A DNA stretch of 64,000 nt from Patescibacteria group bacterium (lineage in GTDB: Bacteria; Patescibacteriota; Patescibacteriia; UBA10025; JBIOWE01): NCBI GenBank assembly GCA_044868145.1, contig JBIOWE010000004.1, positions 203,197-267,196 of the forward strand. Direction: 5' to 3'. The notes under the pieces were generated by a model, which made no database searches, was not told where the DNA came from, and saw only the letters and a program-made list of their open reading frames with translations. Below, piece by piece: positions 53,215-61,698 of the stretch. The stretch's first letter is position 1, and each line of letters starts with the position of its first letter. The position numbers and the translations under genes were made by a program.

Positions 53215-53440
53215 TAATGACGAGGTTTAAGGTCTCAGGCCTGTCCCGTAAAAACGAGCATAGCGAATTTTGTGCGGGATTCGAATCCTGAGCCGCCCAC
53301 CGAGGGTGAAAAGAGCGCGCTTGCCCCGCAGGCGAGCGACGTAAAGTCGCGTTGCGACCACGTCGCTCTACGCGAAGCGAATTGTGCGGGGTCACTGATA
53401 ATGACGAGGTCGTCCCGCCAAGGCGGACCGTACCCACCAG
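53215..53440 (+). pseudogene. two decayed tRNA-Ile(GAT) copies interrupted by palindromes
   Basis: taatgacgagg...ttcgaatcctgagccgcccacc and gagc...tcactgataatgacgaggtcg...ccgtacccacca. Confidence 0.65.
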
Positions 53441-53467
53441 TGAGGATTATTATAAAAACCACAAAGT

Positions 53468-53539
53468 GCCGAGGTAGCTCAGTGGTAGAGCGCTGCCCTG
53501 AAGAGGCAGGCGTGGCCAGTTCGATTCTGGCCCTCGGCA
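53468..53539 (+). tRNA. tRNA-Phe(GAA)
   Basis: Anticodon arm ctgcc-ctGAAga-ggcag; acceptor GCCGAGG/CCTCGGC. Confidence 0.96.
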
Positions 53540-53678
53540 CTTTGTGGTTCTTTGTTTAAGTAAGCATCTTCTCAATTCTGGCAGTTCATTGGGTCGAGGA
53601 GGCACCCCGACGTAAGGAGGGTAGCTTCGCAACTGTATAACAAAAAAGAGTGGGACTTTCCACTCTTTTCTTTATTCT

Positions 53679-54167
53679 TTAGAGAATTTCCATTTTAACG
53701 TATCGCGCGCCCCACTGTTTGGCCTGCTCTCGCGATGGCATCCAAATGTCTGCCATGTGATTATGTTTCGGAGCCATACGATCCGCCACCACAAAGATTT
53801 TATCCCCAAAGTTATCTGGAAAGCGGACGCGCGTGCCGAACGGCAAGGAGTTTGCCGCGATAATGCCGTCGCGAACCTTTTGACCGGATGCGGTCGTAAA
53901 TGGGTCGCCATCAGTTTGGTCCTTGGTCGATGAGTACGCCGTGACAGTCAGGCGAATACTCCGTTTTGCCTCCGGACGCGGTATGCTTGGAATTTCCGGC
54001 AATCGTCCAGGTGCTTGATCGGTACGCTGCTCTGCGAACCTCACAAAAGAGGGGTTCACGGCCAACTCTACTGCGGCAGCATGCTGCGGGAAGCCAAATT
54101 CCCATAATACAATGACCGCCACCAGGAAGGCGACTTTTTGCATATCAATTTTGAGATGTTTTGGCAT
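53679..54167 (-). CDS. 3D-domain (cell-wall remodelling) exported protein
   Basis: Signal peptide; VTAYSS...QTDGDPFTTASG...IAAN...LPFGT...DR...DIW. Confidence 0.9.
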   Translation of the reverse strand: MPKHLKIDMQKVAFLVAVIVLWEFGFPQHAAAVELAVNPSFVRFAEQRTDQAPGRLPEIPSIPRPEAKRSIRLTVTAYSSTKDQTDGDPFTTASGQKVRDGIIAANSLPFGTRVRFPDNFGDKIFVVADRMAPKHNHMADIWMPSREQAKQWGARYVKMEIL

Positions 54168-54271
54168 AATTTCCCTATTATTAGCCTAAAATTCCAATCA
54201 AAAAGCACCCTATCACAGGGTGCCAGGTTGGAATGGGCTATCTTAGCAGATAGCTATATTTTGTCAACCCA

Positions 54272-54399
54272 TCGACAAGCTCACTTCGGGTCTGAGCCTC
54301 AGGGTCGAAGACAGGATTTCCTAGGCTAATTGTTACAGTATTGTCTAGTAGTTAGTTTTTTGATCCTGAACGAGGCGAAAAGCCGAGCTGAAGGATCAA
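54272..54399. repeat. REP-like palindromic fragments
   Basis: tcgacaagctca...tgagc...gtcga and ttgatcctgaacgaggcgaaaagccgagctgaaggatcaa. Confidence 0.5.
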
Positions 54400-54457
54400 C
54401 CGAAGAGCTATAAAATAAAAAAAGCCACTGTTGCAGACTTATTTTATGGACTATTGA

Positions 54458-55195
54458 TTACAAAGCTGCGCCAACGAGAGATTTGAGCGCAAAACCGACA
54501 ACGTATGCAACCACCGCCGCGATGCCGCCCACGAAAAGCACTTTGAGACCGCTTGTAAACCAGCGCGCGCCAGTGACAACAGTACGTAAACTGCCGACGG
54601 CAAATAACGTGATAGCTGTTAAAATAGTTGAAGCTGCGAATTTGTTTTCAAGTGATGGAACAAGGTATGGGAGTAACGGGATGAGTCCAGCGACTGCAAA
54701 TGCTACGAATGTGGTCGTACCATGCTTTAAAGCGCTTTTTTGCTCGCCGGGGATAATACCAAGTTCATGGATCATCATTTCATCCACCCAAACCTTCTTA
54801 TTCGTTGTAATAGTTTGGACGATCTTCTCCAATTGCTCTCCAGAAAACCCTTTCTTTTTGTAGGCGCTGCGGATTTCTGCTTTCTCTTCTTCCGGCCACT
54901 CCTCCGCTTCTTTTTCTTCAACCAATCGTTCAAACGTTTCATAATCCTGCCGTGACTTTGTGCCTAGGTAATTTCCCGATGCCATGGAAAAGCCATCAGC
55001 CAAAAGGTTGGCAAAGCCGAGAATAATAACGATCGAGCTCGCCAGCTCCGCGCCTGCGACGCCAGATACGACGGCAAACGTTGTGACAATGCCGTCATTT
55101 GCGGCGAATACCATGTCGCCAATGTAGCCGCCGGCAACGCGTCGGTGCAGCTCGCGCCTTGAACGAACGTCATGATGAGATTGCGGTTGTTTCAT
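54458..55195 (-). CDS. VIT1/CCC1 family Fe/Mn transporter
   Basis: DMVFAANDGIVTTFAVVSG, ANLLADGFSMASGNYLG, ELG, PLLPY. Confidence 0.93.
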   Translation of the reverse strand: MKQPQSHHDVRSRRELHRRVAGGYIGDMVFAANDGIVTTFAVVSGVAGAELASSIVIILGFANLLADGFSMASGNYLGTKSRQDYETFERLVEEKEAEEWPEEEKAEIRSAYKKKGFSGEQLEKIVQTITTNKKVWVDEMMIHELGIIPGEQKSALKHGTTTFVAFAVAGLIPLLPYLVPSLENKFAASTILTAITLFAVGSLRTVVTGARWFTSGLKVLFVGGIAAVVAYVVGFALKSLVGAAL

Positions 55196-55486
55196 TTACG
55201 ATTTTATTTGCACGTTGCCCCCATCGATAATAATCACGCGCGCAGACAAAGGTTCTTCCGCCGGCCCTTCTTTCACAGAGCCATCGGGGTAATATTGTGA
55301 GCCATGGCACGGGCATTGCCAATTTTTATCGTCGCCGTTCCATTCAATTTCGCACATTTCATGCGTGCATAGCGGAGAAAAACCATGCAGTTCGCCTATT
55401 TCATCCCGGTAAATTGCAACATACTCGCCATTGACGTCGAGTATTTTGCCTTCGCCTTTTTGCGGGAGGTCGTTTGGTGAAGTCAT
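55196..55486 (-). CDS. Rieske [2Fe-2S] domain protein
   Basis: CTH...CPCHGS...GPA motifs. Confidence 0.93.
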   Translation of the reverse strand: MTSPNDLPQKGEGKILDVNGEYVAIYRDEIGELHGFSPLCTHEMCEIEWNGDDKNWQCPCHGSQYYPDGSVKEGPAEEPLSARVIIIDGGNVQIKS

Positions 55487-55494
55487 ATCTTTCT

Positions 55495-55568
55495 TGGAGC
55501 GGGTAGGGGGAATCGAACCCCCGGCAACAGCTTGGAAAGCTGTGGTATTGCCATTATACGATACCCGC
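55495..55568 (-). tRNA. tRNA-Gly(TCC)
   Basis: Anticodon arm acagc-ttTCCaa-gctgt; CCA encoded. Confidence 0.96.
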
Positions 55569-55667
55569 CCGCCCGATTTTTCGAAAGTTCACCTTCATCT
55601 TTATTTCGAGCTTGACCCGAAAAATAAATTTGATGATGTTTAGAAAAATTGGGAGGACACGCCACTC
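55569..55667 (-). repeat. palindromic module abutting the tRNA-Gly 5' end (copy A)
   Basis: GAGTGGCGTG + CCTCCCAATTTTTC...GAAAAATCGGGCGG stem; homologous to 60645-60747. Confidence 0.75.
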
Positions 55668-55702
55668 TATTTTCTAATGAATTTGAAATAGTGACGTAAC
55701 GT

Positions 55703-55930
55703 TTAATCAATATATCTTTTTCCCCAACCGCTTTTGATGTACTTTTCTCTCGCAATGGCATCTTCCTTCACAACATACGCCTCATAATAAATCAACTTCC
55801 ATGGGCGCCAGGGTTTTGTGTACCTGACGAGCCCATCATTATGTTCCCGCAGTCTTTTCTTTAGGTCCCCAGCGAAGCCTTTATATAGTCGACTATCCTT
55901 CTTACTTTGTAAAACGTACACATAGTACAT
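55703..55930 (-). CDS. small GIY-YIG nuclease, probably truncated by a premature TAA
   Basis: YYVYVLQS...LYKG...DLKKRLREHN...TK...RPWKLIYYE...AIAREKYIKSGWG; frame continues 11 codons past the TAA. Confidence 0.88.
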   Translation of the reverse strand: MYYVYVLQSKKDSRLYKGFAGDLKKRLREHNDGLVRYTKPWRPWKLIYYEAYVVKEDAIAREKYIKSGWGKRYID

Positions 55931-55997
55931 AACTTGTCGTTTATTATATCATATACTTCATAATAAAAAGTGGGAGTTTTTAGGCTCCCACTCGATC

Positions 55998-56228
55998 TTA
56001 TGTTGCCAGCAATGCTGGCTGTACTGCGCCAATGGGCGGGAACTTACGGAAGTTGACTGGCCTACGAATGTTTCGCCGGTATTCTTCCATCTGCCTATTA
56101 AATTCTTCTATTTCTTCCTTGGTAGGCATTTTGATCTTAGTGAGATCAAATTGAATTTTCAACTTCGCGTCTGATGATTTTTGAATAAGTTCCCTATCCT
56201 GCTCGGCCTGAACCTTCTTTTTTTTCAA
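55998..56228 (-). CDS. hypothetical protein
   Basis: AAAGGAGGTG SD before a TTG start; hairpin downstream. Confidence 0.55.
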   Translation of the reverse strand: MKKKKVQAEQDRELIQKSSDAKLKIQFDLTKIKMPTKEEIEEFNRQMEEYRRNIRRPVNFRKFPPIGAVQPALLAT

Positions 56229-56251
56229 GAGTACACCTCCTTTTCACTAAG

Positions 56252-56602
56252 TTAAGGTTGCCACAAATACTTTTGTAAGTCAATCCAATATGTGCTGCTC
56301 CGTTCTGCGACCTTGATGCCCTCATGTTCAAGCACGCGTTTTTGAAGCTCGCGCGTGTGCTCTTCGCAGGTTGTGCTGATCATGCCCTGCCGATTAATCA
56401 CGCGATGCCAGGGGATCTCTCTCAATCGATCTTCTTTCAGGACATGCAAAGCCCAACCAACCATACGAGCCCCTCGGGGAGAACCGCAGAACGCAGCAAT
56501 CTGGCCGTAGGTCGCCACGCGGCCTCGGGGAATGCTCCTGACCATCGTATATACTCGTTCATAGAACGATGGCTGAGCTGTTTTTTGCGGTCGCTTTAGC
56601 AT
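56252..56602 (-). CDS. alkyltransferase-like protein (ATL; MGMT family)
   Basis: IPRGRVATYGQIA...ARMVGWAL...PWHRV (Trp replaces the catalytic Cys). Confidence 0.9.
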   Translation of the reverse strand: MLKRPQKTAQPSFYERVYTMVRSIPRGRVATYGQIAAFCGSPRGARMVGWALHVLKEDRLREIPWHRVINRQGMISTTCEEHTRELQKRVLEHEGIKVAERSSTYWIDLQKYLWQP

Positions 56603-57825
56603 TCAGACCCAAGTCCGCCAACGCAATTTTCAGTAGGCGGAGATCCCCGTTCAGGGCATTTTTCGGAATAGATACACGCCTCGTCAGAAACACTTTTTGC
56701 TTGCTGTTGTATTTTTTCGTCCGCTTCCGAGCCATACGTGATGAGAATGCGGTCCAGGTCATGCGGCTTGTAATCAGCAAATTGGTCGTTCGCAGCGCCG
56801 TTTACCATAAGGCGTAGAATGTTCCCATTGCCCGTGCAATATTGTTTCCCGTCATCCAGCGTGAGACAGAGCGGGTCGAGTTTCATCCCGATTGATGTCA
56901 GAAATTGGCCAATGGTTACGTCTGCCGCGTGGATATGGACAATGTCTCCATTGCCGTCATGCACGTGAATTTCGGGGTCAAGCTCCGCTTCCTCGGTGGA
57001 TTGGTATTTTGCTTGCGTCAGGTCAACTGTTTTTCCGTTGACGTACATCTTGAAGCCGAAGTGGGCGTGTACGGATCCGTCTGAAGAATGGATTGGGGCG
57101 TTTTGAGCCGCCTCATCAATCAGTTTTTTGAAGTCCTCAAGGGATCGCGGATTTTGAATTTTTACACCTTGAAGGAAAAATGACGGCGTCGCGTTTACTT
57201 TTAACGCTGTGCCGGATGCAATGTCTTCTTTCACGAGATCATTGATTTCCGAAGATTGCATATCCGTTTTAAATTGCTCGACGCTCAGGCCGATAGACTG
57301 CGCATAATTCGTAAACAGTTCGACCTCATTTGGCGCTGTTGACCATTCGGATTGTTTCTCGAATAATATGTCGTGAAACGCAAAGAATTTATCTTGCTTG
57401 CCTGCGGCTTCCGCGGCTCGTGCAGCCGGCATTGCGTTTGGATGGATGTTTACGAGCGGATAATGACGATAGACGATAGCGATCGTGTCGCCATAGGCCT
57501 CGCTGAGTTGTTTTACGACAGGATAGTATGCACCACACGCAGGGCATTGGAAGTCAGAATATTCAATAAGAACAACGTTCGCGTCGGGGTTTCCTTTTAC
57601 CCAGTCGCCTGACTCAACTTTTGTTGATGCCGTATTTGTGTTTTGAGTAGAATTTCCGCCCCATATGACAAGTCCCCAAACGGCAAGACCGATCGCCGCA
57701 ATCACGGCAACCCAGATGACGATTATTTTCGTGCGTTTTGATTGTTTTGTTTGTTGTTGTGAAGCGGCCTTTTCTTGTTTTTTTAACTCTCGACGCTGAC
57801 GTTTTGTGAGGTGTTGTTCATCCAT
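56596..57825 (-). CDS. DsbA-family thiol-disulfide oxidoreductase with His/Cys-rich C-terminal domain
   Basis: TM anchor, EYSDFQCPAC, YRHYPL, ATPSFF; start moved to ATG 57825. Confidence 0.9.
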   Translation of the reverse strand: MDEQHLTKRQRRELKKQEKAASQQQTKQSKRTKIIVIWVAVIAAIGLAVWGLVIWGGNSTQNTNTASTKVESGDWVKGNPDANVVLIEYSDFQCPACGAYYPVVKQLSEAYGDTIAIVYRHYPLVNIHPNAMPAARAAEAAGKQDKFFAFHDILFEKQSEWSTAPNEVELFTNYAQSIGLSVEQFKTDMQSSEINDLVKEDIASGTALKVNATPSFFLQGVKIQNPRSLEDFKKLIDEAAQNAPIHSSDGSVHAHFGFKMYVNGKTVDLTQAKYQSTEEAELDPEIHVHDGNGDIVHIHAADVTIGQFLTSIGMKLDPLCLTLDDGKQYCTGNGNILRLMVNGAANDQFADYKPHDLDRILITYGSEADEKIQQQAKSVSDEACIYSEKCPERGSPPTENCVGGLGSEC

Positions 57826-58116
57826 AGTAGTTTGTATTTTACCACACGCCAAGCAACGAAACAAATGAAAAAAGGCCATTTCAGTGATCAATGGCCGTTT
57901 TTCTGGTCGGCCTTCGTGGAACACGTTAGAACCTGGTGTAAAGAAAATGCTGGAAAATTTGAGGTTCCGATTATTGGCCAAAATACTCCTTAAGTGTATC
58001 AGGTGGCTTGTCCACTTTTAAGGTGGAAAAATTGCACATATGAGCAAGAACCCTAAAAGAGATGCCTTATTTCTTTTTGGCCACTGCTGACTTGAATGCC
58101 AGCAAAGCTGGCGTTT

Positions 58117-59532
58117 TTAATCAAACATGGTTAGTAACCGCCAGGTAGCAAAACCAAAAAAACTATATGCTGCACCACGTAAGGCTAAAATGTATACAGG
58201 AAAATCTATCCTTTCTTTAAAGTAAACAGAATCGTAACTTTGTTCTAATTTTGAATACAAAAGTGCAAGCTCGCCCAAATTAGACCCCCGCCATTTCACA
58301 ATTTTATCAATCATTGCAATCAGGCTGTGCTTGATATTATCTTCTTCGTTGTTCTCCAGGTCCTTTTTAACAAACGGCAAAATCAATTCACCCAGTTGTT
58401 TCGTTTTATTTTTATTGGCTGAAGAGTCATCACTCCTTAGACCGTGAATCAAATTAAATACGCCCGTATTGAAGAGTTTTTCTAAATTAGCATTTTGCTG
58501 TTTCTTTAACACCCCAATCGCCTTGACTATTCTAACTTCATTGGAAACCAGTTCCTCTTCTAAGCCAATTAGAGGAAATTCCGACCTAATTTTTAAAATG
58601 ATGTCTAGGCACCGGACAAAGACTTTTCGGGCTATAGGAAGATGGTGCCTATGGCCCTTTTTGCCTTCTGGGTGAATATATAGCAGTGGCTCTGGTTTAA
58701 TGTCACCGTGAACGATTGAATTCCTCAGCTTCCAAAATTTATCAAGCCACAAACTTAAGTTTTTTGAATGGCCAAGGACATTCAACAAAGCCGTTTTTAT
58801 CTGGGCCTTTACTCCACGCTCTTCTTCCTCTGGTCTTAATAATGCCTCAAGTGCTGTATGAACATTTAGAATTGCCTCACTTAAATCTACACCTCGCCCA
58901 TAATGTGAATAAGAACGGTTGAACCACTCAATAGACCGTAAGATTCTTTTGTCTTCATCGTGTTTAAGAAGAAAGTTTCCGTAGAGATAAAAAGCTTTAA
59001 AGTAGTCATTTTCTTTTATTTGATTGGTTGTTAAGACCAATGAGTGCACCTCGGTTTGGGGCATGTAAGGATGGTTTGTTTTCCCTTTATGTAAATGGAA
59101 ATTAAATGCACTTTCGTTATTCAAAATACCTTGATAATAAATGAAATCATCGCCTCCATTTAATTGCTCGCCAGTTATTTTAAATACAAAATAATTGAAA
59201 TGGTCAAATTTACTGTTTTCTTTTAAATCGCTTAGCTGGGAAAATCTTAAAACAGCCGATATCTTTTTTAATTTATCTTTGAGGTTTTCCCATTGTTTGA
59301 GACTAGCCACATAAGTAATTGCATAAGACCATTGAAATATCTGTTGGCTTCTCCCAAATCTGAACAACTTTGCAATATTGAGTAGATGGCTTCCAACGTC
59401 CTCTATTTCTTTATCTACATTTTCTCTGTAGGAAGGTTTAATGCTGAAACCATCAATTTCAATTCCGTCCTTTTCATATATGAAAAGATATGGAAAAATG
59501 ATTATCATTAAATGTTTAGGCCGCTTCCTCAT
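58117..59532 (-). CDS. HEPN-domain protein (ApeA-like), putative antiviral RNase
   Basis: RSIEWFNRS...TALEALL...RNSIVHG (Rx4H); clearly AT-rich relative to flanks. Confidence 0.75.
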   Translation of the reverse strand: MRKRPKHLMIIIFPYLFIYEKDGIEIDGFSIKPSYRENVDKEIEDVGSHLLNIAKLFRFGRSQQIFQWSYAITYVASLKQWENLKDKLKKISAVLRFSQLSDLKENSKFDHFNYFVFKITGEQLNGGDDFIYYQGILNNESAFNFHLHKGKTNHPYMPQTEVHSLVLTTNQIKENDYFKAFYLYGNFLLKHDEDKRILRSIEWFNRSYSHYGRGVDLSEAILNVHTALEALLRPEEEERGVKAQIKTALLNVLGHSKNLSLWLDKFWKLRNSIVHGDIKPEPLLYIHPEGKKGHRHHLPIARKVFVRCLDIILKIRSEFPLIGLEEELVSNEVRIVKAIGVLKKQQNANLEKLFNTGVFNLIHGLRSDDSSANKNKTKQLGELILPFVKKDLENNEEDNIKHSLIAMIDKIVKWRGSNLGELALLYSKLEQSYDSVYFKERIDFPVYILALRGAAYSFFGFATWRLLTMFD

Positions 59533-59701
59533 TGTTTTCTTTACTTTTGGAAATGGGATAGCCCACCCCTATCTTCGGAACTGTCGCTCGTTAATAATCA
59601 GGAGTGTTTATTAGAAATCCCAGTTTATGATTAAAAAATACCTTTGCTTCTACTCCGTGTCAAGCTAACATGGTGAGGTCATATCATTGACCTCACCATT
59701 T

Positions 59702-59905
59702 ATGTTACCTCAAAAAGCAATCGAGGACCTCAAAGAGACTTACCGGAAAGAGTTCAGACAGGAACTCTCCGACAAAGAGGCCTGCGAAATGGCATATCGT
59801 CTCTTGAGCTTCTTTGAGATTGTTCTCCGGCCGGTCCCCCAAGACAGTGAAAAGAAGGGGCCAGGGAAGAGTGAAGGGGCTGGCCAGCTTCCCCTATTCT
59901 CCTAG
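59702..59905 (+). CDS. small helical hypothetical protein
   Basis: MLPQKAIEDLKETYRKEFRQELSDKEA...LLSFF resembles small proteins of CPR integrative elements (recollection, not searched). Confidence 0.65.
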   Translation: MLPQKAIEDLKETYRKEFRQELSDKEACEMAYRLLSFFEIVLRPVPQDSEKKGPGKSEGAGQLPLFS

Positions 59906-60059
59906 CAGAGGTTCTAACCTCTCACTTCCCCTGTGGATAGATAGAAAATCTTATCTCTCTGCGCAACTTTTCATCTACCAAAAAATGGCTCTTGGGTGAG
60001 CCACTTTTTAGACATTTCCACAGCCTGGTTGGAAAAATTGCGCATCTGGATAAACTATT

Positions 60060-60131
60060 TCGGGGAGACAGGATTCGAACCTGCGACCCCTCGCTCCCAA
60101 AGCGAGTGCGCTACCGCTGCGCCACTCCCCG
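60060..60131 (-). tRNA. tRNA-Pro(TGG)
   Basis: Anticodon arm ctcgc-ttTGGga-gcgag; acceptor CGGGGAG/CTCCCCG. Confidence 0.96.
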
Positions 60132-60240
60132 ATGTTCCTTAATGCCGCCGGTCGTAATCCCCGCCTGCACGACGTTTCGGCGGGGGAACGTATATTTTCA
60201 CGTTCCGGGGCAAGCGAACCGACGTTATTTGTCACCGAAA

Positions 60241-60324
60241 TGCCGAGGGTGGGAATCGAACCCACACGACCTTGCGATCACGGGATTTTAAGTCCCGCGC
60301 GTCTGCCTGTTCCGCCACCCCGGC
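60241..60324 (-). tRNA. tRNA-Leu(TAA)
   Basis: Anticodon arm cggga-ctTAAaa-tcccg; long variable arm. Confidence 0.96.
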
Positions 60325-60395
60325 TTGTTCTATCTGAGCGTGTATCTAGTGGAGTTCACCCAGCACATGGAGTGAAAACGAAATGGTGCCGGGCA

Positions 60396-60515
60396 TGGAG
60401 CGGGAGACGGGATTCCTTCTCCCCTGTCGCCCCGCCAACGGCGGGGCTCCTCCTCCGAAGCCCGGGTCTCTCATCGACTGCCACCGGCAGTCGCTTCGAG
60501 TACCCTGCGAATCCC
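60396..60515 (-). repeat. tRNA-Gly 3'-end duplication with multi-hairpin insert
   Basis: 60396-60415 is identical to 60571-60590; GC-rich hairpins closed by GGGATTC/GAATCCC. Confidence 0.75.
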
Positions 60516-60570
60516 AAATAATGTTTAGCGAATCGCCTTTGTGCTAGTTATTATCTTTGTGCCAAAGGTC

Positions 60571-60645
60571 TGGAGCGGGAGACGGGATTCGCACCCGCGA
60601 CCTCTTCCTTGGCAAGGAAGCGTTCTACTGCTGAACTACTCCCGC
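60571..60645 (-). tRNA. tRNA-Gly(GCC)
   Basis: Anticodon arm cttcc-ttGCCaa-ggaag; T-loop TGCGAAT; CCA encoded. Confidence 0.95.
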
Positions 60646-60747
60646 CCTCCCAAATTTTCGAAATATCACGGTTGACCTTTTATCGGTAAAACTCGATTTT
60701 ACTTCGAACGTTTTTTCTACTCGAAAATTTGGGAGGGCACGCCACTC
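60645..60747 (-). repeat. palindromic module abutting the tRNA-Gly 5' end (copy B)
   Basis: GAGTGGCGTG + perfect 17-bp inverted repeat CCCTCCCAAATTTTCGA/TCGAAAATTTGGGAGGG. Confidence 0.8.
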
Positions 60748-60806
60748 AATTATTGATGACGTCGCGAATAATGTTTTTATTTTTTGCCTCGATTTCTTCG
60801 AAATTT

Positions 60807-60881
60807 TGGAGGCCACGAGGGGAATCGAACCCCTGAATAGAGGTTTTGCAGACCTCTGCCTTCCCACTTGGCTACGTGGCC
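60807..60881 (-). tRNA. tRNA-Cys(GCA)
   Basis: Anticodon arm gaggt-ctGCAaa-acctc; U discriminator; CCA encoded. Confidence 0.96.
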
Positions 60882-60918
60882 GTAAAGCATACACTCCACC
60901 ATATCAGAAGTTTGTTGT

Positions 60919-61698
60919 TTATTCAAGCCGTTGTAATTCTTTAATCAGTGATGTATGAATCTTGCCGTTTGATGCCACAACGTCCGGGCTTTTTACGGTC
61001 CATGGTTTGCCTTGCCAATCAGTAACGACGCCCCCCGCCTCGCGCGTAAGGAGAACGCCGGCGACCACGTCCCACAGGGTAGTGGGACCCGAGATCGCAG
61101 TAGCTTCAATGCCACCGGTAAGCAGAAAATAATAGCCAATTGCTGCCGAACCGAACAGACGTACGTTGCGTACTTTTGGAAATAGGTGTAAGAATCCAGC
61201 GAGAATCGTCTGCATGGGCTCACGTTTATGCATCGCTGAGAGGTTAACAATGGATTTTTTCAATTCTTTCGTTTGATTGACGCGCACTCGTTTGCCATCG
61301 AGAAACGCGCCTTTGCCCTTTTCTGCGTAAAGGGTTTTATGAAAGACTGGCAAGTAAATAGCCGATGCGAGAATGTCGTCCCGATGTACGAGACTTACCA
61401 TAACGCCAAAATACGGGCTGCCCATCACGTAGTTCGTCGTGCCATCGATCGGGTCAACAACCCACAGGTAATCGGAAGATTTTTTTGATCGTCCGCGCTC
61501 CTCACCCAGTATCGCGTGGTTGGGGAATTGTTGATAGATGAGCGTTCTGATCATTTGTTCGGTCGCCACGTCTACATTCGTTGCGATGGATTGTTTCTTT
61601 TGTCGAATAGTAATCAGCGCTCGCTTACCGAAGCTTTTCATGATGAGTCGTCCGGCTTCATGGCTAGCGTGAATCGCGAGCTTGGTGTAGTCATTCAT
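60919..61698 (-). CDS. inositol monophosphatase family protein (SuhB-like)
   Basis: LGEE, WVVDPIDGTTNY, RLFGSAA, WDVVAG. Confidence 0.93.
   Translation of the reverse strand: MNDYTKLAIHASHEAGRLIMKSFGKRALITIRQKKQSIATNVDVATEQMIRTLIYQQFPNHAILGEERGRSKKSSDYLWVVDPIDGTTNYVMGSPYFGVMVSLVHRDDILASAIYLPVFHKTLYAEKGKGAFLDGKRVRVNQTKELKKSIVNLSAMHKREPMQTILAGFLHLFPKVRNVRLFGSAAIGYYFLLTGGIEATAISGPTTLWDVVAGVLLTREAGGVVTDWQGKPWTVKSPDVVASNGKIHTSLIKELQRLE

Noticed and set aside
54170-54270. c-di-AMP riboswitch upstream of the 3D-domain gene
   Set aside because: Leader is short, with a single hairpin and no ydaO consensus
57826-57981. N-terminal extension of DsbA
   Set aside because: A -10 box sits just upstream of ATG 57825, and the extension crosses a hairpin and the proposed island boundary
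53190-60810. CRISPR array among the tRNA-linked repeats
   Set aside because: No regularly spaced identical repeats with unique spacers, and no cas genes
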